A DNA stretch of 63,605 nt, filler included, from Olpidium bornovanus S191 (taxonomy: Eukaryota; Fungi; Olpidiomycota): assembly GCA_017911155.1 (NCBI GenBank). It is 30 parts of 30 records of this genome, joined end to end, with 100 filler letters (N's around TTAATTAATTAA, not from the genome) between each part and the next. Parts side by side here need not be neighbours in the genome. Positions count along the whole stretch, not along the records: positions 10,468 to 12,503 come from JAEFCI010003566.1; positions 12,604 to 14,389 come from JAEFCI010004088.1; positions 14,490 to 21,350 come from JAEFCI010003911.1; positions 21,451 to 24,408 come from JAEFCI010010443.1; 26 more parts are not named here. One strand, given 5' to 3'. The position numbers were made by a program, and so were the translations under genes. This document shows positions 11,511-21,629 of this stretch, one piece after another (the first letter of the stretch is position 1; every line of letters begins with the position of its first letter). The notes beneath the pieces were generated by a model, which saw only the letters and a program-made list of their open reading frames with translations, had not been told where the DNA came from and did not search any database.

Positions 11511-12616
11511 ACGGCCGACTGCGGGTTGCGAGGGCGGAACATATCTCACCCCTCCCCTTTCCCCGTTTTTTCTTTCCCAAAACGAAGTCCGAGCGTTCGC
11601 TCAAGCGACCACCGTTTCCTTTCAAACGCAAAAAAAGAATAAACCGATATCAGCTTCTCTTGACCAACGTCCCGGTGACACTGCGGAAGGTTTTTTTTTT
11701 TTTTTTTTTTTGCCTTGTAGCGTTTCGGCCAAGAGCAACTTTCGGATCAGTTTCTTTGCCTGCGAAACGGAGTGTCGGGCAATCGCGACCGCGAAACGAG
11801 GCGTCTCAGACCTCGGCGGACAAGTGCGACCGGTTGTCCCGTGGACGGTGCGGAGCCTCGAGGCAGCCAAGGAAACGTGCTATCCCCTGCGGGTGCGGTT
11901 TCCATGGAGATTCCCCCTACCCCCCACCCTCCCCACTCCTGAAGGCGACGCGAATAAAATTTTCCGGCCAAAACTAAAAATAAAAATAAACTCCATAGAA
12001 ACCTTCCCCCTTCTCCCCGTCAAATGAAACTATGATATCACGCATTTGGCCCCCTCCGTTACACTCGATACCTCCCGGGTTTACCGTCCATTGAAACGAT
12101 GATACCTCCCGGTTGCGGCAGTCCGGCTGCTACTCCGAACGCAAATAGCTGGATGCAAAGGAAAACATCATCCTGAGAAATAAATGCTGGAGTTTGCAGT
12201 ATTAGTTCACTGTCGAGGTAACTCTATATAGGCAATGACTTCGTGTCTAGATGTTTTAATCGTTGTGCCATATACACCAATACACCACAAGCAACAGTGA
12301 CAAGCAGGTCTATTGTCGCCACCTAAAGGATACCGGCAATTGCAATAAGCGTCAGTCAACCGGACATCCGAAAACAAGCCGAATTTTCTGCCGTTGCAAC
12401 CTACAATTTCAGCATCCTGTCCTTGCCCCCGCTCGCTACCTTGTCACCTCCTGGGCTCCAGTCAACGCTGTACACCTGAGAGTTACAGCATAACCTCAGC
12501 ATGNNNNNNNNNNNNNNNNNNNNNNNNNNNNNNNNNNNNNNNNNNNNTTAATTAATTAANNNNNNNNNNNNNNNNNNNNNNNNNNNNNNNNNNNNNNNNN
12601 NNNAAAAAGAAAAAAA

Positions 12617-12675
<59 letters not shown>

Positions 12676-12736
12676 GGGGAGTGTTTGTCGCCGGGGAGAG
12701 ATGAATTTGAGATGATGATGGTGCCGTCATATCTTC

Positions 12737-12793
12737 TTCCTCTCTCTGTCTCTCTCTGTCTCTCTCTGTCTCTCTCTCTCTTTCTCTCTCTCT
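12737..12793. repeat. (CT)n-rich microsatellite
   Basis: tctctctgtctctctctgtctctctctgtctctctctctc... seen directly. Confidence 0.85.
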
Positions 12794-13019
12794 CGCCTCC
12801 CGCCGCTATCTCAGCAGCAACAGCAGCAACAACAACACGCGCAGGAAACCTGGGGGGAGGGGGGGGGGGGGGGGGGGCACGGACGGAAGTCGCCCGTTTT
12901 TGTCTCGTGGCGCGTTGCCGGCGTCGGTCGGAGAACGCGGGCTGCCTTCCCGTTGTTCCTAATAAGCGTTCGGCGGCCGCTTTCCGCCTCGCTCCCCCTC
13001 TACCTCACGGGCAAAACAG

Positions 13020-14389
13020 TCTCTGGGCATATCCAACGCCGCGTTCGGCGTGCTCCTCTCTTCCCTCTCGCTCACCACGACGGTTATCCTGCTCGTGAGC
13101 GGGGTTTTCGTCTCCCGAATCGGCGTCACGACCTCCGCCCTCCTCATCTGCGCTGTTACGGTTGTCGGCGAGGTCGTGCTTGCGTCGGCGAGGTGAGCGG
13201 CGGCCCTTTACCGGCATCCGAAAGTCGTTGCCGCGGAAATGACCACCCAGACCCGATGTAAGTCATACGCGCGTTTCGCATCCAGCAAAACGGGGACATT
13301 TCTCGGCATGATAACTGGCATCGTGGTGTACAGGTAGGTCCGTCCTCACGTTGCGAATGTTGCAACGACTGTCACGCTCTGCCGTTGGCGGTTTTCTTTT
13401 TTATTTTTATTTTTTTATTTTTCTTTTATGTTTTTATTTTTTCTTTTTTTATTTTTTTAGTTTTTTTTTACTTTTTTTTATTTTTTTATTTTTTTATTTT
13501 TTTATTTTTTTCATTTTTTATTTTTTTATTTTTTTATTTTTTTATATTTTTATATTTATTTTTATGTTTATTTTTTTTTTCTTTTTTTCTTTATTTTTTT
13601 TGTTTTTTTATTTTTTTATTTTTTTATTTTTTTATTTTTTTATTTTTTTTAATTTTTTTAATTTTTTTAATTTTTTTAATTTTTTTTATGTTTTTATTTT
13701 TTTTATTTTTTTATTTTTGTTTTATTTTTTTTTATTTTTTTATTTTTTTATTTTTTTTTTATTTTTTTTATGATGTATCGTATGGTTATGTATTTATTTG
13801 TTCATGTTTTCAAAGCATGGGATCTGCCCTCGTACCGATCTTGCAGGAGGTGATTATAGTTGACAGGTTCCATGGCAAATACTTTTCGACGGCGATTGGC
13901 CTGCTGTTGGCCGCATCCAAAGCGGTGGACTTTCTGGGTATGTCATCCAAAACCTGCGATGCTTTCCACGTATCGCTCGCCGGCCTTATGGGAATAAACA
14001 CGCTCCTTTGCCCGTCTGTTCGTTTATCAGTCTCGCTCCCCACGTTCGCCTTACAACGTTTTCAGCCTCCGGCGCGGCAGTTATGATCGTCGAGGCGGCT
14101 GGCGGGCGAGTGGACGCCGCGTTCTGGACCGCGACGGTGATCTGCGCAGGGTCGTGCGTGGCCGTCGCGGCGTACGCCATCGCCGTCCGGCGGTCTCCGG
14201 GCGGCTCTCCCCGTCCCGCATACTTCCTCCCGCAGCGTGTCAGTTCATGCAGCCACCGCCCTGGCATACCGGACATCCCGCTCGCCGCGCCCGCCAGCCG
14301 CCTGGCCGCCGGAGTGCGCTCCGTCCTTCGCTTCCCGGACGCGTTCTGGCTCTACATTCGTCTTTCTTTCTCGTTTGGGAGCTTCTGGC
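13020..14389 (+). CDS. Major facilitator superfamily transporter, MFSD1-like (partial)
   Basis: In-phase hydrophobic exons: SLGISNAAFGVLLSSLSLTTTVILLVSGVFVSRIGVTTSALLICAVTVVGEVVLASA | SKTGTFLGMITGIVVY | SMGSALVPILQEVIIVDRFHGKYFSTAIGLLLAASKAVDFL | ASGAAVMIVEAAGGRVDAAFWTATVICAGSCVAVAAYAIA..FPDAFWLYIRLSFSFGSFW. Typical MFS helix pattern. Confidence 0.75.
13390..13770. repeat. Intronic low-complexity (T5-8A)n tract, about 380 bp
   Basis: Almost pure T/A with a recurring TTTTTTTA unit, inside the intron 13334-13815 (GT..AG). Confidence 0.9.
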
Positions 14390-14489
14390 NNNNNNNNNNN
14401 NNNNNNNNNNNNNNNNNNNNNNNNNNNNNNNNNTTAATTAATTAANNNNNNNNNNNNNNNNNNNNNNNNNNNNNNNNNNNNNNNNNNNN

Positions 14490-16672
14490 GCGACAACGGC
14501 GCCGGCGCCCTTGGTGACAGCGTCGCCGGCGGCCTTGGCTACAGCGTCGTTGCCAGCCTTGGTGACAATGTCGTCGGCGCCCTTGGTGACAACGTCGCCG
14601 GCTCCTTTGGCGACAACAGCGCCGGCGCCCTTGGTGACAGCGTCGTCGGCGCCCCTTGTGACGACGTCGTCGGCGCCCTTGGTGACAACGTTGTCGGCGC
14701 CCTTGGTGACAACATTGTCGGCGGTCTTGGTGACCACGTCGTTGCCGGTCTTGGTGACCACGTCGTTGCCGGCCTTGGTGACCACGTCGTCGGCGCCCTT
14801 TGTGACAACGTCATCGGCGCCCTTGGTGACAACGTTGCCGGCTCCCTTGGCGACAACCGCGCCGGCGCCCTTGGTGACAGCGTCGTCGGCGCCCTTTGTG
14901 ACGACGTCGTCGGCGCCCTTGGTGACAACGTTGTCGGCGCCCTTGGTGACAACGTTGTCGGCGCCCTTGGTGACAACATCGTCGGCGGTCTTGGTGACCA
15001 CGTCGTTGCCGGTCTTGGTGACCACGTCGTCGCCGGCCTTGGTGACCACGTCGTCGGCGCCCTTTGTGACAACGTCTTCGGCGCCCTTGGTGACAGCGTC
15101 GTCGGCGCCCTTTGTGACAGCGTCGTCGGCGCCCTTTGTGACAACGTCGTCGGCGCTTTTTGTGACAACGGCGTCGGCGCCCTTTGTGACAACGTCGTCG
15201 GCGCCCTTTGTGACAACGTCGTCGGCGCCCTTGGTGACAACGTCGTCGGCGGTCTTGGTGACAGCGTCGTTGCCGGCCTTGGTGACGACGTCGTCGGCGC
15301 CCTTTGTGACGACGTCGTCGGCGCCCTTTGTGACGACGTCGTCGGCGCCCTTTGTGACGACGTCGTCGGCGCCCCTTGTGACGACGTCGTCGGCGCCCTT
15401 TGTGACGACGTCGTCGGCTCCCTTGGCGACAACCGCGCCGGCGCCCTTGGTGACAGCGTCGTCGGCGCCCTTGGTGACGACGTCGTCGGCGCCCTTGGTG
15501 ACAACGTCGTCGGCGGTCTTGGTGACAGCGTCGTCGGCGGTCTTGGTGACAGCGTCGTTGCCGGCCTTGGTGACGACGTCGTCGGCGCCCTTGGTGACGA
15601 CGTCGTCGGCGCCTTTTGTGACGACGTCGTCGGCGCCCTTGGCGACGACGTCGTCGGCGCCCTTTGTGACAACGTCGTCGGCGCCCTTGGTGACAACGTC
15701 GTCGGCGCCCTTGGTGACAACGTCGTTGCCGGCCTTGGTGACGACGTCACCGGCGCCCTTGGTGACAGCGTCGTCGGCGCCCTTGGTGACAGCGTCGTCG
15801 GCGCCCTTGGTGACGACGTCGTCGGCGCCCTTGGTGACGACGTCGTCGGCGCCCTTGGTGACGACGTCGTCGGCGCCCTTGGTGACGACGTCTTCGGCGC
15901 CCTTGGTGACGACGTCTTCGGCGCCCTTGGTGACAACGTCGTCGGCGCCCTTGGTGACAACGTCGTCGGCGGTCTTGGTGACAGCATCGTTGCCGGCCTT
16001 TGTGACGACGTCGTCGGCGCCCTTTGTGACGACGTCGTCGGCGCCCTTTGTGACAACGTCGCCGGCTCCCTTGGCGACAACCGCGCCGGCGCCATTGGTG
16101 ACAGCGTCGTCGGCGCCCTTTGTGACAACGTCGTCGGCGCCCTTTGTGACAACGTTGTCGGCGCCCTTGGTGACAACATCGTCGGCGGTCTTGGTGACCA
16201 CGTCGTTGCCGGTCTTGGTGACCACGTCGTTGCCGGCCTTGGTGACCACGTCGTCGGCGGCCTTGGTGACCACGTCATCGGCGCCCTTTGTGACAACGTC
16301 GTCGGCGCCCTTTGTGACAGCGTCGTCGGCGCCCTTTGTGACAACGTCGTCGGCGCCCTTTGTGACAACGTCGTCGGCGCCCTTTGTGACAACGTCGTCG
16401 GCGCCCTTGGTGACAACGCCGTCGGCGCCCTTGGTGACAACGCCGTCGGCGCCCTTGGTGACAACGTCGTTGCCGGCCTTGGTGACGACGTCGTCGGCGC
16501 CCTTGGTGACAACGTCGGCGGCGCCCTTGGTGACCACGTCGTCGGCGCCCTTGATGACAACGTCGCCGGCTCCCTTGGCGACAACGGCGCCGGCGCCCTT
16601 GGTGACAATGTCGTCGGCGGCTTTGGTGACAACGTCGCCGGCGACCTTGGTGACAACGTCGTCGGCGCCCTT
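14490..16672. repeat. Coding minisatellite, 24-bp unit, about 91 copies
   Basis: Plus-strand unit gtcgtcggcgcccttggtgacaac with variants; 2183 nt / 24 = about 91 units. Confidence 0.97.
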
Positions 16673-17071
16673 GGCGGCAGTGTCACCGGCCGCCTTGGCA
16701 ACCACCAATGTTGAGCCTTTCACAGCGCCGACGGTGTCGACGGCTCTCCTGGCGGCGGCCGCGGCCGCGCCCTTGGCGATGTAAGTCCTCGCGAGGGCCA
16801 CGGAGGCGAAGTTGTGCGACGACCTTACCCCGACGTACTTGACCGTGGTGCGGGCCGTTGCGTATGTGGCGGGCCCGACGAGGCCCACCAGCCCGGCGTT
16901 GAGAAAGCGCTTCTGGTGCCCGGCGTGCGAAACCGGCGGCGCCGCTTCTTCAGAGGAGGCGGCGGCGGCCGGCGGGAATCCTACGGGCGCCGCGCGGCCG
17001 GCGGCGGCGGCGAGCGCCAGCACCGCGGCGAGGACGAGCGCGGATGAGGGTTGGCGGCACGTGATCATCAT
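14490..17071 (-). CDS. Secreted octapeptide-repeat protein (consensus KGADDVVT x about 91), 3'-truncated
   Basis: ATG at 17071; signal peptide MMITCRQPSSALVLAAVLALAAAAGRA-APV; dibasic HQKR; about 80-aa unique region; then a 24-bp tandem array from ~16672 to the contig edge with no stop. Confidence 0.85.
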
Positions 17072-17131
17072 GAATGGGAAGCGAGGGTGAGGTGGGGCCT
17101 CTGCGGCGGCGGCCTATCCAGGGGCGTGCGG

Positions 17132-17445
17132 GAAGGGTGGAAATTAGACGGAAACGGACGGGCAGGCGAGGGTCGGAGCGAGCGGAGGGGAGCGTGGAGG
17201 GGGAAGTGCGTGAAGGGTGGAAATTAGACGGAAACGGACGGGCAGGCGAGGGTCGGAGCGGGGCGGAGGGGAGCGTGGAGGGGGAAGTGCGTGAAGGGTA
17301 GAAATTAGACGGAAATGGACGGGCAGGCGAGGGTCGGAGCGCGGAGGGAGCGTGGAGGGGGAAGTGCGTGAAGGGTGGAAATTAGACGGAAATGGACGGG
17401 CAGGCGAGGGTCGGAGCGGGCGGAGGGGAGCGTGGAGGGGGAAGG
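17132..17445. repeat. Tandem repeat, 4 x 77-81 bp, purine/G-rich, immediately upstream of the octapeptide-repeat gene
   Basis: aaattagacggaaa(c/t)ggacgggcaggcgagggtcggagcg...ggagggg agcgtggagggggaagtgcgtgaagggt recurs at about 17141, 17221, 17302 and 17379. Confidence 0.93.
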
Positions 17446-18694
17446 GCAAAAGGTTAAAGCAGTCGCTTTGCTAGCTTCTTTGATTCTCTATTTCTCTCTC
17501 CCTCTCTCTCTCTCTCTCTTTCGCTCTTTCTCGCTCTCTGCCGTTTCCTTGACGTGCGGGCCCCCGCGGGGCCCTCCTCCCGCGGAGGATGGTTCCTTAT
17601 AGGCGAAGCAATGTGAGAGAGACACATAGTGTGAGAGATTGAGAGCGAGAGAATGAGAGAGAGAGAAAGAGCGCGCTGAATGGAGAGAAAGCGAAAGACC
17701 ATCGGGGGAGCCACACTCAGGGACGCGAGTGGCCCACGAGGGCGGCCGCGGGGGAAGGTGGGGTGGGTGTTGGGGAGGGTCGGTTCAGCTGGGGGTTTCG
17801 GGTGAGCTGCACGGGCGCGGAGGGAGTGGGGCGGGCCGGCCGGGGGGTCGGGGAAAAACGCGGTTGGGGGGGAACGCGTGGGGGGGGGGGGGGGGGGGCG
17901 GGGGGGGGGGGGGGGGGCGGGGGGACCCCGGTCAGTCAGGGGGAGGAGCCCCTTGAAGGGGACCGGCAACCAGGCCGGGAGAAGGAAAAAGGATCAGTGC
18001 GCAGACGCAGGCCTCGAAGCGAAACGGGAAGCAGGGTCGAGTGGGAAAAAAACAACTCTTTCGTGGGCGTTTTGCAGAGGAACTGTCCTTGCTCCGTTTA
18101 CTACTCCTAAAGCATTTTTACGGCGACGACTTTCCCGCGGATTTTTTCCGGGAGGGGAAGGGGGGGCTACGAAAAGGGGTGGGATGTCCTTCCGGCCGCG
18201 CGAGTGCTCACATCCTGTCGCGACGGTCTGCGCGGCTTTTTGATCGCAGGTCATCGAGGTATGGTACATTCCGTTCACTTTTTCGTTCACTTTTTCTGCC
18301 GACTTCGGCCCCCCACGATCCAACCCACTTGTTATAATCTTCTGTCCTTTCGTCTCAACGAAGGGGAGGGGAGGGGGGGGGGGTTACCTTCCAGCAGAGA
18401 CTTTGCTTTCCGCGCAGAACCGGCCGGCTTCCCCGCGGAACCCCGGGGTTTTTTTTTTTTTTTTTTTTTGGTTGCCTTTGTCACTCGTCAAAGTAGACGG
18501 CGCACCGGCGGTCCTTCGTATTCTAAACGGACGCGCGCTGTCGGGGCGTCAGGTCTGCCGCCGACGCAGCGCGCAAGCGTCGGTCCCGCGCCGCCGTACC
18601 CCCGTTCGATTTTACGACCGGACGAGTGCGCCGCCGCACCGACCCGAAAACCTGTGACGTGCTGGTCCGGCTTGGAGCGCGCCGCCCGCTCGAG

Positions 18695-18701
18695 TATAAA
18701 A
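18695..18701 (+). promoter_or_regulatory. Possible TATA box (TATAAAA)
   Basis: Isolated TATAAAAG in very GC-rich sequence, followed by a pyrimidine-rich stretch. No ATG-initiated gene could be confirmed downstream. Confidence 0.3.
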
Positions 18702-19729
18702 GGGGTCTCCTCGGGGTCGGGGCCCGATCGACGGCCCCCTCCCAATCCCGCGCTCTCCCTTGGGCCGTCGCTTCAGTTCGCAATCCCCTTCTCCCCCCTC
18801 CTCACCCCAACGAATAAAGCGAAGAGGCATTCTCCGACGCGGCCGTCGGGGTTTCGCCGAAGAAAGTTTGAGCGCGGCTCCGCCCCGTCGGCCTCGCCAC
18901 TTCTTCCCGCTTTCTTTCGTTGTTCCGCTCGCCGTCGGACCGGGGGCCGTCGCGTTCGCGGCCGCCGGCGCGCGGACCCGCGCGCCGACCCAGGAGGTAA
19001 AGTTTGACGCGTTCCCGCCCAGAGCTCTTCCCTCGAACCCAAAACTCGCTCCTGTCCCGGGGAGGTGGGGTTGCGGGCGCCGCCGCTCGGAAACTCGAAA
19101 CGGCGTTTTCGTTTTCGCGGACCCCGCGCGGGCTCCGCCGACCCCTCGGCTTGTTCGGCGCGCGGGACCCCGCCTCCCCTCGGAAAACGCGCCGCCCGGA
19201 GGCCGCGCGGGACCGGGCGGTTTGAGGGGGAGGGGGAAAAAAGAAAAATCCAAAATAAAAGGAAAAAGAAAAAAATCCGTCGCGATTTCTTTCTCCATTT
19301 GCGCAAGTACGCCGCAACCAACCAGGACCACAAACAGGGGTGGTTACGGGAACGGACACCATAAGGGCCGTCAGCGACGGCCCCTCTGCTAAAGAATCCG
19401 GAGCATTGGTGGCGCGGACCGCCCGTCGGCGGCACGGCCACTGTCGGAGCCACGCTCGTAACAGTCGTCTCGGTCCCGCGTAAGACTTGCCGGGGACCGC
19501 CGTCGAAGCGTCTGCGTTTGAAGTGCCGAAATCTCGTCTCACGACAGCAGTCCTTCGATTGTGGCAATTTTTTCCCGGGTGTTTCGATTTATCTTGCAGA
19601 CCGATGCGTCTGATGCAGGCATTAGTGCCGGCCTTCACGACTTGGTGCTTGATGGTCGCAATTACTTTATTGTTTACGCTTCCCGCGCATCAACCGGCTG
19701 AACGAACTGAACGAACTCAAATTTGCACC

Positions 19730-21090
19730 CCAGGAAGAGGAGGCTCATACCAACGGTCTGGGCATGCGATTACTTCCGCCCGTACCTGCTCGGTTACCTG
19801 TTCACCGTCGAAACCAAATCACCAGCTGCTCCAATGGATGTTATCGGCACAAAAAAACAAAGCCGTGTTGGTTGTGGGCGCTTTGAATTGGAGAGTCCAT
19901 CATAGCGCCCGCCCCGGTGGGCTGGACGGCTTGCCTGGGAGGGGGGAAAAATCCCCTCTCGGGGAGTGAATCGCGCTTCACCCTCACCCGACCACAACAA
20001 GAAAAAATCAAACCTCCGTCTTTGTTTCCGCCGCTAAGGCCTTGCCACTTCTTGCATCGGCAATACTACTGGCAAGGAATGACGCGTACCGCCAAATGCG
20101 ACGCAGGCAGCTGTGATGCCGGTCAACGTAACGAAATTCGTACACACCGTCCCCCAGGATTCTTCTTCCCACCCGACATTCCCCCAGCCTGGTTGCATAC
20201 CATTTCACTAGATTGGACCATCGGCCGTCCACTGTCGCGAAACTTTGACGCCATTTTTGTTGTCGTCGATCTCCATAGCAAGCGGGCTCACTTCATTCCT
20301 TGTCGATCAACTGACTCAGGCACCAACACTACCCAGCTCGACCACATTTTTCGCCTGCACGGACTGCCGTCTACCATCATCAGCAATCGTGATCGCCCAT
20401 TGTTAGCATTTTTCGGAGGTCGCGTCTCTTCATGACATCCGGTGCAACCTCTCCTTTGCGTTTTGCCCACAAATTCATGGACAGACAGAGCGCAGGAACC
20501 GGACTCTCGTGGAAGTCTCCCGGTCATACATCTCATATCAAGACAACTGGACATGCCTTATTTCCACTTCTAGTTTGTTCTCAATAATCAGCGTCAAGCT
20601 GTCACTGGCGAAGTTCCAGTTCCTTTTTCTGAAAGGACCTCGGCGACCATCCACCCAGCGCACTTGTGCGCCCGCCGATCCTTGCAAAACTGCCACTACC
20701 CATGCCGCGCCCCTCGCGGACAATCCTCTCAGGGAAACACACTCTTCGTCTGGACAGGGCCACCCAACGGACTGATGATCGCGAAAATGTCACACCGAGT
20801 TTCTTCATAGGAGACCTTGTTCTTCACACTGCGCAATTCTTCCCCCCTCGGTCAATTCCGCAAGGACCTCCAAACTTTACTCCTTTCCAAACCACTTCTT
20901 TGATCTCATTGGAGCTACACCTCTTTCTGCCTTGTCCTTTTACTGTAGTCAAGCTCCTCCTCCTCGCCTCATCCTAAATATTTCCTCAGTCCTGTACTCG
21001 TACACCGAATGAACACAACACGAAACCTGCCCCCCTTCGCTGCGCACGCTTCGAACAGAATTCACCCGTCATTAATAGTTCACATCTTTT
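19730..21090 (+). mobile_element. Degenerate Ty3/Gypsy LTR retrotransposon pol fragment (RNase H + integrase)
   Basis: VWACDYFRPYLLGYLFTVET (RT-RNase H). CDAGQRNEIRTHRPPG..LHTISLDWTIGRPLSRNFDAIFVVVDLHSKRAHFIPC..IFRLHGLPSTIISNRD, then CPQIHGQTER (integrase core). Several frameshifts. Confidence 0.9.
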
Positions 21091-21152
21091 CCTTCGTCGC
21101 CCTTCCTCGGCGTGTCTCCGTTCTTCTAAAGTTAAAAAATAGTTTTTTTTTC

Positions 21153-21340
21153 GGCGTCCATTGCCAGTAGTGCAACGGCAAGGACACCTGTGGCCCCCAA
21201 TGCGATCATAGACCGCTTAGAAGGGACCGAATGCCAAAAATAAGTTTAATATCATTATGTCCCCCGGAGGGGACGATTCAGATATTAAGCTGAATAGAAC
21301 AGATACTACACTTGATCTAAGCCAATAGGCCTGAGAGGAT
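21153..21340 (-). ncRNA. U2: U2 spliceosomal snRNA
   Basis: Reverse complement reads ATCCTCTCAGGCCTATTGGCTTAGATCAAGTGTAGTATCTGTTCTATTCAGCTTAATATCTGAAT. It has the GUAGUA branch-point pairing sequence, stem IIa ATTCAG/CTGAAT, stem IIb GTCCCC/GGGGAC, Sm site ATTTTTG and stem-loop IV TTGCC-GTTGCACTACT-GGCAA. About 188 nt. Confidence 0.96.
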
Positions 21341-21629
21341 TGGGGAAAAANNNNNNNNNNNNNNNNNNNNNNNNNNNNNNNNNNNNNNNNNNNNTTAATT
21401 AATTAANNNNNNNNNNNNNNNNNNNNNNNNNNNNNNNNNNNNNNNNNNNNCATGGACACGTACGGTACCGTTGCCCTTCCAGACTAGAAATCTAAAATGC
21501 GAATTGTCTGTTGGACGCCCACGCCTTTCACGCCTCTTATCCCCCCTCCAGCGCCACACCTCCCGTTCATTTCTTTTTTCTTTTCTCTCTCCCGCTCTCT
21601 CTCTTTTTTGTGCAGTCGTTCTACCGAGA

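Noticed and set aside
13351-14086. Very hydrophobic Phe/Ile/Leu ORFs resembling a membrane or mitochondrial protein
   Set aside because: Translations of the T-rich intron. True MFS exons flank it with in-phase GT-AG boundaries.
14511-16784. 757-aa mucin-like Thr/Ser/Pro ORF on the plus strand and 720-aa ORF in another minus frame
   Set aside because: Shadows of a stop-free 24-bp repeat. They lack an ATG/signal-peptide context, whereas the KGADDVVT frame has both. Antisense coding cannot be fully excluded without stranded RNA-seq.
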